A stretch of DNA of 64,000 nt from Octopus bimaculoides (lineage: Eukaryota), in assembly GCF_001194135.2 (NCBI RefSeq), contig NC_069005.1:4573753-4637752 (forward strand), read 5' to 3'. Position numbers and translations under genes: made by a program. Below are positions 1-12,352 of the stretch, one piece after another. The notes under the pieces were generated by a model, which was given only the letters and a program-made list of their open reading frames with translations, had not been told where the DNA came from and searched no databases. Position 1 is the first letter of the stretch, and the number at the start of each line of letters is the position of its first letter.

Positions 1-139
1 TTCTAAGGATTTGCTTCCGAACCGGAATTCAGTCATGTTAAGCTGGCTGTCGACATGAGAGGTTCTGCTGTCATTTGAAGTGATTAGTTTTATTATTTAT
101 GTTGTGGTAAGGCTTCGAGTAAGGTGAATCATTACCGCG

Positions 140-222
140 TCGGTTAGAATGCTTAGAGGCATTTCTCCGGACTAAGTTCAAAATCTGCAGCCGTATATCT
201 TGCCTTTCATACTTTCGGGACT
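140..222 (+). mobile_element. Degenerate SINE family A fragment
   Basis: Contains AATGCTTAG, AGTTCAAAATC and TTGCCTTTCATACTTTCGGG, matching family A copies elsewhere in the window. Confidence 0.45.
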
Positions 223-258
223 GAGCGTTGGAAAAGCTCTCAAAAGATTGAGGACAGA

Positions 259-307
<49 letters not shown>

Positions 308-365
308 TAATAATAATAAAAATAATAATTATTATTATTATTATTATTATTATTATTGTTATTAT
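259..365. repeat. (AAT)n/(ATT)n microsatellite
   Basis: Direct reading. Confidence 0.95.
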
Positions 366-459
366 AAAAGCCCTGATGAAGTTCCAGGCAGTGACTTTCA
401 TGGCTTCTGATATTAATTGATTGAAACTATTGTAATGCATATTGTTTTGTCTTGATATA

Positions 460-565
460 AAAGGATGAAAGGCAAAATCGACCTCGGTGGAATTTGAATT
501 CAAACAGTACGAAATACCACGGACGAAATACCACCAAGCATTTCACCCGGCGTACTAACGTTTCT
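460..565 (-). mobile_element. SINE family A, partial (head and body)
   Basis: AAAGGATGAAAGGCAAAATCGACCTCGGTGGAATTTGAA...CGGCGTACTAACGTTTCT is the reverse complement of the family A consensus. Confidence 0.8.
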
Positions 566-797
566 TATTTCTTTATGGCCCACAAGGGGATAGACATACA
601 GGGGACAAACAAGGAGAGACAAACGAATTAAGTCGATTATATCGACACCAGTGCGTAACTGGCACTTATTTCATCGACCCCGAAAAGATGAAAGGCAAAG
701 TCGACCTCGGCAGAATTTGAACTCAGAACGTAGCGGCAGACGAAATACCACTAAGCATTTCGGCCGGCGTCCTAACACTTCTGCCAGCTCGCCGCCT
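566..797 (-). mobile_element. SINE family A, full length, long-tail variant
   Basis: Reverse complement reads GGCGGCGAGCTGGCAGAAG...GAGTTCAAATTCTGCC (B box) ...TTTGCCTTTCATC...GGGTCGAT...TTTGTCCCCTGTATG...AAAGAAATA; similar to 32427-32648 along its length. Confidence 0.92.
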
Positions 798-1024
798 CCG
801 ACTTGAAACTTATTGCTAAGCTCCATGATAAACAACAGTACCACTACGATCGCCACCACATCATATCCACAGCATATCCCTCAGTGTCTAATAATATGTG
901 CATCTCTGATCACGAGCAGAAGTAGTTGGGGAGCATCATGTCCATGTGTTGAGAGGAATTCTTTGGGGACAATAGTGTATTGTTCATCATCCTTATTCTT
1001 GCATTTTCGTCTTTTAGCACTGTA

Positions 1025-1290
1025 TTTCTCTATTTTTTCCAATACTTTGTCCTCTCCGCATGCGTCGCCAGATATGGCAATATCTATGATGTTGATTTCC
1101 TTTTTTTTTTCTTTTAGGCACCACAACAATGTCTGGTCTCCGAGCATTGAATAGGGTAGGGTGTCTCACTGGATTGCAAAACTCTACAGGATCTTATATT
1201 CATTGTTCTCAGTGACGCCCATTGCTTCATGTTTGTACTATTTCTGTGCTGCGCCCAGATCGTACGTTTCACACAGTCTCCAGTGAGTAC
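1025..1290 (-). mobile_element. RLE-type non-LTR retrotransposon relic (R4/Dong-like), region upstream of and including the endonuclease domain
   Basis: Frameshifted translation HWRLCETYDLGAAQK*YKHE..ENNEYKIL*SFAIQ / ARRPDIVVV / KEINIIDIAISGD..EDKVLEKIEKY matches the PD-(D/E)xK RLE motif (RPDIV...IIDIA..D...K..KY). Confidence 0.85.
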
Positions 1291-1337
1291 CATTTCTGTG
1301 CTGTGTATCCAGACTGTATTTTTCAGTTTCATCATTC

Positions 1338-1405
1338 TTATTATTATTATTATTATTATTATTAATATTATTAATATGTTCATCATCATCATCATCATCA
1401 TCATT
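1338..1405. repeat. (ATT)n and (ATC)n microsatellites
   Basis: Direct reading. Confidence 0.95.
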
Positions 1406-1718
1406 GTTGTCTGTTACTGTATCTGTGCGGATGGATGTCTTCCTTTTAAAGCGTTGTGCTGCTGTTATCATTAAGAGGTCGATAAAATAAATATAGAAAT
1501 CATTAAAACTAATTTATTAGAGATGATTATGAAATCCAATGCAAATGTTTATCTGCGCAATGTTTGTCGTTTTTACGATATGATATGAAAAGAAAACAAT
1601 AGATCTAACTCATCAAATACAACTTTTATGGCCCAATCAGTTCTCCATTAATTAGATGCAGACATTGAATCATATAAACATATACATACATATCTAAATA
1701 TAAATACATATACATATG

Positions 1719-1755
<37 letters not shown>

Positions 1756-1923
1756 NNNNNNNNNNNNNNNNNNNNNNNNNNNNNNNNNNNNNNNNNNNNN
1801 NNNNNNNNNNNNNNNNNNNNNNNNNNNNNNNNNNNNNNNNNNNNNNNNNNNNNNNNNNNNNNNNNNNNNNNNNNNNNNNNNNNNNNNNNNNNNNNNNNNN
1901 NNNNNNNNNNNNNNNNNNNNNNN

Positions 1924-1989
<66 letters not shown>

Positions 1990-2264
1990 GTGTATTTATG
2001 TATGTATGCATATATGTATTCGTAATATATTTATATTGCAGTCGTAAATATTTTCCGAAGTTGTTTTTCGTGACAGCCTAAATAATTCCATTCTCGAACA
2101 AATATTGTCGTTATGTTAAAAGTTGAAGTATATAGAAAATGTATAAATTTTCCTGGCTTAATAACCTTGTCTTTAAGTCGGTGGGTGCGCAGAATAGTTT
2201 GAGTAAAACATAACATTAAACGTCGCGTTTTGAGTTCAAACTACACTGAGTTCAAAAATTTATA

Positions 2265-2430
2265 TTTTCGCCGGTCGAAATGCTTAGCAGAATTTTGTCC
2301 GTCTTTACGTTCTGGGTTCAAACTCCGCCGAGGTCGACTTTGCCTTTCATCGTTTCCACACTGGGGTTGACTTAATCACTGGCCCCTTCCCAACAAAGAT
2401 TTTCGTGCCTTGTGCCCAGAGTAGAAAACA
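2265..2430 (+). mobile_element. SINE family A, internally deleted, short-tail variant
   Basis: GAAATGCTTAGC...GGGTTCAAACTCCGCCGAGGTCGACTTTGCCTTTCATC...GTGCCTTGTGCCCAGAGTAGAAAA. Confidence 0.75.
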
Positions 2431-2444
2431 AGTTGAGAAGAAAA

Positions 2445-2800
2445 AGTTCAAGAACCATTCCAGAAGTCTTGACACTTTTTCAGGCGAACCGTTTCTTAAT
2501 TTGTAAGAAGTACAAAAATCTGATACCTTTTGATTTCAAAGAGACATCAATCCGAGAAATGTTCTTGGAACTTCTTCAAAGTGAAGATGTCCAGGACCTT
2601 GTCACAGCCTTCATCTTCTCGTTCAAACTTGAAAATTACGAAATTCACATGGAGCAAACTATGGACTGTAGGGAGTATGAGGGACACTTTGGTTACCAGG
2701 ATGAAATTGTGGAGTGTGTATTGTTGTAGTGCATTCATTCTTTATCTTATGACGAAATCTCCTCCAAAACGTCTTTAAAACATGCACGAATTACTCTTTG
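2445..2800 (-). mobile_element. Mariner transposase C-terminal relic
   Basis: Minus frame reads VPHTPYSP*FAPCEFRNF, matching the mariner HPPYSPDLAPCDF motif; multiple stops. Confidence 0.75.
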
Positions 2801-4569
2801 TTTTCTGCCTAGCCAGTAGATGATGCGATTGCTGTTGAAAAAGCAATCGTCATGAGCTTCTCTATAGGTCTCTTCTTCCTCACCTCTTGCGCCTGCGCAA
2901 ATCTGATGCGCGGCTCTTATAACCTAACACAATAACAATTTGGAACTTTTCATGTTTCCATAGCTTTCTATTCCCCCTTTGACACCCAACATTATTGCTT
3001 AACGAGCTTTTCAAATTATATTCATGTCGCAATTGCATTCTGAAAATTTGTCACCCGTAACAAACAAGATTTAGAAAGGATGTGTTGCTGTTATTTCAAT
3101 TGACACCTTCATTCTTGAATAGCATCAGTTGCACATAGGGTTATTAGACGTATGTTAATGATACATTAAAATTACCTCAATGTAGAACAGTTATAACTGC
3201 TTCACTTATAAAACTCTCCAACAATCTTGAAGGCACCTCGTCTCACCCTTTAATAGTTGATCGGTTGAACTCTTATATCATCAGACGGTTTTCCACTCTA
3301 GTTTTTGTAACGGGTCTGTATACGTGTATTTTAAAAAATGTTAGAATTGTGCTAAATACAACAAAAAACTCCCAATGCTTGAAAGACAATCCCTATAAAT
3401 GGAGTCAGCTTTTTCATTGAATCAGCACATGCAATTTATAATAATGAGATCAAACGAAATATTTTCACAGTAGTCAAATCATTTGAAACATACCTACTAT
3501 AATGCTGCTGTGTTTCTGTATATATTTACCACATTTAATTACATGGGTTACAGCAGCGGCTTCCGTCACACTAAATGATGATATTTAGCGCAAATTATTT
3601 TATCAGTTGTCGTAGGAATTCTTATATAAAACGTACCTCAAAAACTATATCACTGAACATGAAATACGTTGCACAGTAAATACAAGATCGATGATTACTT
3701 TCAAGAACAAAGTGCAAATCAAACTTTACTTCAAGGGGTTACATGAGAAAAGCCAGATCTTCTATGAGAAATATAGCATCAGAACTCTTATCAAAAGCAA
3801 CATCGTGTTTCTACGATTCTTTGGCGAAATTCAGTCGTCAGAGTAATCGTTTGATCATAAGAAATATATAAATAACAAAATTTTAATATTTGGAATGTTT
3901 GATAAGTGGGGAATTGAGAACCTTCTAAAAGACAGATTGGAATTTCAGTGAGCTGTAATGAAAGAATGGCATGTAAGTAAGGAATGGTTGAATATATTAT
4001 TTTTGGTGTGAAAATAGAAATGACATTCCGATCTGAAAGGTTCCATCCGTAATTGACTTAGTTAGAAAATTTCAAGAAGCTCTACATATAACGTTTACTT
4101 AAAACCCAATCAAGAATATTAATGTGGCTGCCTTTAGTGAAATAAATATTGCAGGGAATTCAAAACATTAAGCAGAAATCAATATGGTGACAAAGAACTT
4201 ACTGAATTAGTAAATAATAAGACAGTTTTCAAATAAAGATTTTCTAGTTCGATACCGTTTCTCTACTTTTTCTGCAATTTAGCAAGTCGAAATATATGAG
4301 AATCGAAATATATGAGAGTCGAAATCGATGGAAAAAATTATAATCGTATCGATTTGAGGGAAGCAGATAATTATTGATATTTGCATTATCAAGTACATGT
4401 GACGTTGAGATACGTGCAAAACGTTGTATCTGCAATGATTTCTTTGAAGTGTTCATACATATAGACATAGACATATAAAATCCTATATGTACACACACAC
4501 CCACACACACACACACATAAACATATATATACATACACATGCACATATACACACTCTCTCTCTCTCTCT

Positions 4570-4622
<53 letters not shown>

Positions 4623-6496
4623 NNNNNNNNNNNNNNNNNNNNNNNNNNNNNNNNNNNNNNNNNNNNNNNNNNNNNNNNNNNNNNNNNNNNNNNNNNNNNN
4701 NNNNNNNNNNNNNNNNNNNNNNNNNNNNNNNNNNNNNNNNNNNNNNNNNNNNNNNNNNNNNNNNNNNNNNNNNNNNNNNNNNNNNNNNNNNNNNNNNNNN
4801 NNNNNNNNNNNNNNNNNNNNNNNNNNNNNNNNNNNNNNNNNNNNNNNNNNNNNNNNNNNNNNNNNNNNNNNNNNNNNNNNNNNNNNNNNNNNNNNNNNNN
4901 NNNNNNNNNNNNNNNNNNNNNNNNNNNNNNNNNNNNNNNNNNNNNNNNNNNNNNNNNNNNNNNNNNNNNNNNNNNNNNNNNNNNNNNNNNNNNNNNNNNN
5001 NNNNNNNNNNNNNNNNNNNNNNNNNNNNNNNNNNNNNNNNNNNNNNNNNNNNNNNNNNNNNNNNNNNNNNNNNNNNNNNNNNNNNNNNNNNNNNNNNNNN
5101 NNNNNNNNNNNNNNNNNNNNNNNNNNNNNNNNNNNNNNNNNNNNNNNNNNNNNNNNNNNNNNNNNNNNNNNNNNNNNNNNNNNNNNNNNNNNNNNNNNNN
5201 NNNNNNNNNNNNNNNNNNNNNNNNNNNNNNNNNNNNNNNNNNNNNNNNNNNNNNNNNNNNNNNNNNNNNNNNNNNNNNNNNNNNNNNNNNNNNNNNNNNN
5301 NNNNNNNNNNNNNNNNNNNNNNNNNNNNNNNNNNNNNNNNNNNNNNNNNNNNNNNNNNNNNNNNNNNNNNNNNNNNNNNNNNNNNNNNNNTATGCGTAAG
5401 TTACTCGCTGTATAAACCAGATGCAAAGCAATGTCACCATAGAAAGCAGTTAAGATTTTTATAGTCACTAGACAACTTTAGTGGTACTGCTTTCCAATAT
5501 CACTTTAGTCGATCTACACTTGGAGTAGCGACTTTAAAAATTAATTTTTTATTTGCTGTCATTAAACTTATCTCCAATGTGTTGTTTTCTCTGGAGTTTC
5601 TATATGAAACATGTGTTAGAACATGTCTCTCACTAAGTTTCAGTCATTGAAATTCGACCATATTTAAGACATCGCTCCGAAAGGTTAGTCAGAACATTAC
5701 CGACTTCTGTAATGATGGCCGTAGAGATTCGATAACGTCATTGATCCGACACCAGTTGAGCAACTGAGTTTCAAAACCGCTATAAATGCATTTTTTTCTC
5801 GATTTCATGATAAGCAGTAAAATACAATCTGAAATTTGCTGGCTTCACGCACGTGAAATGTTTTTCAGTCAAACTACGATGGATGCCATATGGAGAGGAG
5901 GGGAATCTTAGTCTTCTAATCAAAATCAGACATATTGAAGTTGTTGTTTTAACTAATTACTCAAAAGTTATTCCGCTGCATATATCTGGTTTTGAAGATA
6001 AGCTCTTCACTGGTGAAGTACATGGTGGGGAGATGGTGGGGGCAAACTTAAACACAAAGACAAACTCCTACATAACATATACGACAGGATCCCACACACT
6101 TTACTTTCGTCAACATAAGCACGGCGGTGGTGGTGGTGGTGGTGGTGGTGGCAGAGGCGGCGGCGGAGGNNNNNNNNNNNNNNNNNNNNNNNNNNNNNNN
6201 NNNNNNNNNNNNNNNNNNNNNNNNNNNNNNNNNNNNNNNNNNNNNNNNNNNNNNNNNNNNNNNNNNNNNNNNNNNNNNNNNNNNNNNNNNNNNNNNNNNN
6301 NNNNNNNNNNNNNNNNNNNNNNNNNNNNNNNNNNNNNNNNNNNNNNNNNNNNNNNNNNNNNNNNNNNNNNNNNNNNNNNNNNNNNNNNNNNNNNNNNNNN
6401 NNNNNNNNNNNNNNNNNNNNNNNNNNNNNNNNNNNNNNNNNNNNNNNNNNNNNNNNNNNNNNNNNNNNNNNNNNNNNNNNNNNNNNNNNNNNNNNN

Positions 6497-6586
6497 GAAG
6501 AAGAAGAAGAAGAAGAAGAAGAAGAAGAAGAAGAAGAAGAAGAAGAAGAAGAAGAAGAAGAAGAAGAAGAAGAAGAAGAAGAAGAA
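6497..6586. repeat. (GAA)n microsatellite
   Basis: About 30 perfect units next to a gap. Confidence 0.97.
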
Positions 6587-7722
6587 AACGACAACAACAA
6601 TATAAGTAAAGATTTGGCGAATAATACGTCTCCTCTGAATTATTTAGTATTACTCTAAATCTATACCAATAGAATTTCTAACAAAGAGATGCTTAAATAA
6701 AGATGAAGATTTAAATGATTTGGAAAGAATTTGATTTTTATTGAAATAATATCCTTTATACTTTGCTTTAATATTTGATGTTTGGTTCAGAGAAAATTCT
6801 CATCTTTATCTCATGGGGAGGAAAAACTTGAAAATGAAATTGTAATAAGAAATATAATGGCGGTCATCTTAGTACAGCGATCTATTCTCATGGTCATAAT
6901 GTCTATACTTCATTTTAGGTAAATCATGAAAATTTAATGTCGGAAGAGAAAGTATCATGACCTTCATATTGCATACATACAAGGTTCTACGGTAAATGAA
7001 GATTTTATTGTAAGAGTTATCCGTTGATATTGAGGCACATTTTGGTAAAACGGCATTAAGTTGTGTTTAAACTCTATTTATGCTATCGAATACAACTTCC
7101 TTCAAATTTCATTTTGTAACAAAGATGCGTGACTTCTAATCGTTATGCATTGATGTACATACTCTCCTGGAAAAGTGATCAACTAATTTCCTTTAATCAC
7201 AATCTTTGATGAAAGTATATCAATATTTTCTACGATGTATGTTGGTAAGGCAAGATTTTTGGACGAGCATCTGCCTTTATTTAGGGGAGTTTTAGCAATA
7301 TGTGTATTATATCTTGACAATATAGCTCCCATGTGCCTTTCTCTTGACTGTCCGTCCCTTCCTCTTCTTTCTCTCCCCTGGGCTTCATTCCAGTATCCGA
7401 CAAAAAACAATACTCGAAACCTCCTATTTTTACTCTTCAGGTATGCAATATAAAACTCAATGGCAATCTCTATATCATACTTAACGTATAGTATACATAT
7501 TTATGAATCATAGAAGAATTAAAAGTCGTCACTACAGCGGTTAAGCGGGTTCAATGAAATTCAACTCGCAAGTTACAGTTGAATATTTTACACTAACAAA
7601 TACTACTGACAAGCATGCAACTATACCCGCAGCTGAACGTTCAGCTATATCACTGTGTGGGTTGTGTCTATGTGAATATGTTTATGTATGTGTGTGCATA
7701 TGTATATATATATATATATATA

Positions 7723-7761
<39 letters not shown>

Positions 7762-8699
7762 GTGTAAATTGAAGTAAATTGATTCGTCTACGATCAGTGT
7801 ATATCTCTCCACAAAAGAGTGGAACACACTTTATCATTCATCAAATGAGCAGCGAATACCTCCAAATTAACTTACAATTGAATCAGCATTTCAAAATATT
7901 TTGTTTTTGGCATCTGTTTAGCAGAGCAGATACAAGTTCTTCAACATTTATCATTCGATATTTTAAATCTAATTATTTAGTTTAGCAAAATTTTAACAAA
8001 CCTTACAAATGTATCTCCTCTTCGTGTAATCCTTGCATTTTTGGACGTTTTGTAAATTACATTTGTCTATCTCTTTTCTTAATTGCCATACAGACTCGGT
8101 TACTTATTGTATAAGAAAAGGATTTTCAATGAACAGATATGTTAAACAGCTTTATCAAATTTGAATAGCTGAAAACTAATATGATAGTGCGTTCATGGCC
8201 CAAATGACGTCAATTCCAAGGAAAATATTTTACTTAAGTGACAGATTTTATCATACGTAGCTTTCGAGTTTGAGGTATTTGAAACCAACGATGTTGCAAA
8301 TAATGAAAAAAGATAATGTCTTATGCATAATATTTTTAATCTACCCGTTTAAGTCCACCAGTCTCTCATACACTTGACAGTCTTATTTCGTTTATGCTTC
8401 TACATCTTCTCACATTTTCGTCTCTTCCTATTCTGTTCCATCGGAGTTGATCGAATTTCCAATCCTCCAAAAATATTTGGTAATGCATAGCCAATAGCAT
8501 ATAGCTGTTTCCTATTAGAATTTGAGGGTTCCCCAAAAGGAAACTGGAATATTTTGAGTGTACGCAGTCAATTTTTAGCGTCCTACAAAGCTCTACAACA
8601 AAATCGTGTTCTTTACCGTAACTGCCAATTTTATTCTTCTTTATGCAAGCACACACATACACACACATACACACACACAAACACACACACACAGATATA

Positions 8700-8740
<41 letters not shown>

Positions 8741-10316
8741 NNNNNNNNNNNNNNNNNNNNNNNNNNNNNNNNNNNNNNNNNNNNNNNNNNNNNNNNNNNN
8801 NNNNNNNNNNNNNNNNNNNNNNNNNNNNNNNNNNNNNNNNNNNNNNNNNNNNNNNNNNNNNNNNNNNNNNNNNNNNNNNNNNNNNNNNNNNNNNNNNNNN
8901 NNNNNNNNNNNNNNNNNNNNNNNNNNNNNNNNNNNNNNNNNNNNNNNNNNNNNNNNNNNNNNNNNNNNNNNNNNNNNNNNNNNNNNNNNNNNNNNNNNNN
9001 NNNNNNNNNNNNNNNNNNNNNNNNNNNNNNNNNNNNNNNNNNNNNNNNNNNNNNNNNNNNNNNNNNNNNNNNNNNNNNNNNNNNNNNNNNNNNNNNNNNN
9101 NNNNNNNNNNNNNNNNNNNNNNNNNNNNNNNNNNNNNNNNNNNNNNNNNNNNNNNNNNNNNNNNNNNNNNNNNNNNNNNNNNNNNNNNNNNNNNNNNNNN
9201 NNNNNNNNNNNNNNNNNNNNNNNNNNNNNTATATATATATATATATATATATACGTATGATATCAACACACTTGGATATAGGTATATCCTATCTACATAG
9301 CTATATTCATTTCAATGAAAACACGTTGAGTGTTTTAAATTATTCCTTTTCTCCGTCTTTCTTCCTTTATATACATATATATGTGTACTTACGTGTATGG
9401 GTGTGCATGTGTGATTATGTGTGAATGTCTGTGTGTGTGCCTCTGTATGTTTATCACCATTTCACTCTCACCTCTTTATTTCTCTCTCTCTCTTTCTCTT
9501 TATATATTCCTCTAATTATCTCTTTAACTGCTAATATGCAGATTTCCGATCTCAGTAATGTTGTAGTGCCTATGCTGTTAACATATGATATTTAATGGTA
9601 TTAACACATTCAATTTTTACTTTGCAGTCCATTGAATACAGCACATCAAACAGTATACTGCGGTTCTTTCATTCAGCTGTTTCTCTTTTGTGAAGTAAAT
9701 AATATTTGCACCCGCTCTATATTCATAATTTTACGTTTCATTTCTCATGGGTATGCGTTTTATATATGTCAAAGTGAAAATAGAAGTTACGATGGAAGAA
9801 AAAAAACAATATATATATATATACACACATACATACTTACATACCTACGTACATACATACGTATGTAAAAGATATGTTGCAAAAGAAACTCGAGAAATGG
9901 GAAAACTGTACATAACGTATGAGGTATATCTATAGAGTTATACATTATATGTGAATAGTATGTATTTAATTATTAATAAGCATAAACACTGAATATATAT
10001 GTGTATAAATATCTACATATATATATATATATATATATATATANNNNNNNNNNNNNNNNNNNNNNNNNNNNNNNNNNNNNNNNNNNNNNNNNNNNNNNNN
10101 NNNNNNNNNNNNNNNNNNNNNNNNNNNNNNNNNNNNNNNNNNNNNNNNNNNNNNNNNNNNNNNNNNNNNNNNNNNNNNNNNNNNNNNNNNNNNNNNNNNN
10201 NNNNNNNNNNNNNNNNNNNNNNNNNNNNNNNNNNNNNNNNNNNNNNNNNNNNNNNNNNNNNNNNNNNNNNNNNNNNNNNNNNNNNNNNNNNNNNNNNNNN
10301 NNNNNNNNNNNNNNNN

Positions 10317-10349
<33 letters not shown>

Positions 10350-10944
10350 TATACTCTCACACACACGTATTATAAAGAAGAAAAAAAAACATGTAAATAA
10401 GCGTTTGTGTATTCTGCTTATGTATATGTCTGTGCGTCCGTATAAAACCGTTCTGAAAGAGATATCTGCATTCGTTTTCTAATCATCGAAGTTTCTTTTA
10501 TTATTAGTTACCTACCCACGCCTATATGCAAAACGAACAGTGACACTCCCTCGCGCATAATATAGATACATACAAGTCAACACAAAAAGAAAAAACTCCG
10601 GGAAGGCACATATATTTTGATGCAGAAAAAAAATGTAACTGAAATTTGTTAGCTTCACGAGTCCGATATTCAATATAACGGTGAGCTATATTATGTCATC
10701 GTTTACTAAAATTAATGGAGTATTTAAAATTACTTTGAAAATTGGCTCGTCACTGTACATTCATGTTTTTGCAGGTAAACTCTATGCGCACACCACCATT
10801 TAACGTATGTCGTTGTTGATAGACTTCTTTGTATTATGGTAACTCTTGAAAGATTACCATACAGAATCTGTTTTGTCCTGTAGGACTGCAATTTGGTGTT
10901 AAGTGCTGGTCTCAGAAATATTGTGTAAATCCCATTTACTTTGC

Positions 10945-10945
<1 letters not shown>

Positions 10946-11013
<68 letters not shown>

Positions 11014-11018
11014 TAGTG

Positions 11019-11053
<35 letters not shown>
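10946..11053. repeat. (GTA)n/(GTG)n microsatellite
   Basis: Direct reading. Confidence 0.95.
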
Positions 11054-11674
11054 GAAAGAAGAGGGAAGAAGACGAGGACAGGAGGAGGTGGAATGTAAAA
11101 CCATCGTAACTTTGTCCGTGAAAACCTGTTTTAATATAGAGGTGTGTAGGTGCCGAAGTGCCTGTGTGGAAAGACGTTTGTATCACAGCAACATGGCTCC
11201 GCGTGCATGACATCTTGAACAATTCTCTTGCGTTATAGCTACGATTTCATAGATGGATTTGATAGTTGGAAACTGGAAAGAAGCTCGTCTTATATATGTG
11301 CATGTCAGTGTGTGTGACTCTGTGTGAGTGAGAGAGATAGAGAGTGAGAGTGAATGCGTGTATCTGTGTGCATGTGTATCTTCACTTTTATGTCTGTCAT
11401 CTACAATCACTAAACAACCGGTGTTGTTTTGTTTACGTCCTTGTAACATATATTCCTGGAACTATGAAATCGCATGCCGAAATAGATGTTGTATATTAAT
11501 ATTATTGTTTTCCCCAAGATAACTAATTCAGTAATAACATAATCAATTTCTTGAATAATTGGTGCAACCAACTACTTTCCGGTTTGTCGGAATCCTACCA
11601 AAGTCCGCCTTCAGTTAATCATTACGGCAAGTAAATAACCTACCGGTCATTTCCTTGGGCTGGATCATCTTTAC

Positions 11675-11774
11675 CTTCCTCTCTCAATTTTGTCCACGTT
11701 GCGTCTCGAAAAGCTTCATACAGTATAGATTTCTTCAGAATTGAAGAGCAATTGAACGATGGTCTTTGCGTTCT

Positions 11775-11777
<3 letters not shown>
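11675..11777 (-). CDS. Candidate internal exon of an unidentified gene
   Basis: Long poly(T) tract plus AG acceptor; 103 nt open in one frame (NRTQRPSFNCSSILKKSILYEAFRDATWTKLREE); AAG|GTAAAG donor; no homology recognised. Confidence 0.25.
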
Positions 11778-11811
<34 letters not shown>

Positions 11812-12266
11812 GAACATGTGCTGTGATGCAGAAAATCTCCAAATACAAACACTGAAGGTCTGCAGAATGCGCAAGCAAGCCAAACAAGAAGAAGGTTAAT
11901 ACAACTTTAATAAGCAGCATATACAATTACGATATGAATGAGCTGTGGGAGAAGGACTACTTTTAAAATGTAATATAATAATGCTTAAAATTACCTTGAT
12001 TCATTCGCAGGATTTTCTTTGTATCTATTGTTCCTTTCCTGTTTTACTCCATAGAGTTTCTCGATATCAAACATCGATTAGGACTTGTCCCAAAAACTAA
12101 ACTAAGCAATATAAATAAACAAATATACACACACATACTAACAACACCCCATGTATATATATATATATATATATACACGTATGAAAACACACATGTACAC
12201 ATATATAAGTTTATATATATAAATACATATATACATATATATATAGACAAACACACACACGCGCGC

Positions 12267-12267
<1 letters not shown>

Positions 12268-12348
<81 letters not shown>
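12268..12348. repeat. (TA)n microsatellite, representative of dozens of TA/TG/CA tracts in the window
   Basis: Direct reading. Confidence 0.97.

Positions 12349-12352
<4 letters not shown>

Noticed and set aside
2412-2729. 105-aa plus-strand ORF with normal-looking composition
   Set aside because: It is antisense to the mariner relic (PYSP..APCEF on the minus strand), so it is a shadow ORF
5701-5779. Minus-strand exon-like segment (GFETQLLNWCRINDVIESLRPSLQKS)
   Set aside because: The acceptor lacks a polypyrimidine tract, two frames are open, and no homology is recognised
8366-8640. Non-repetitive part of the 108-aa minus ORF
   Set aside because: No recognisable motif or splice boundaries, and the start lies in a microsatellite
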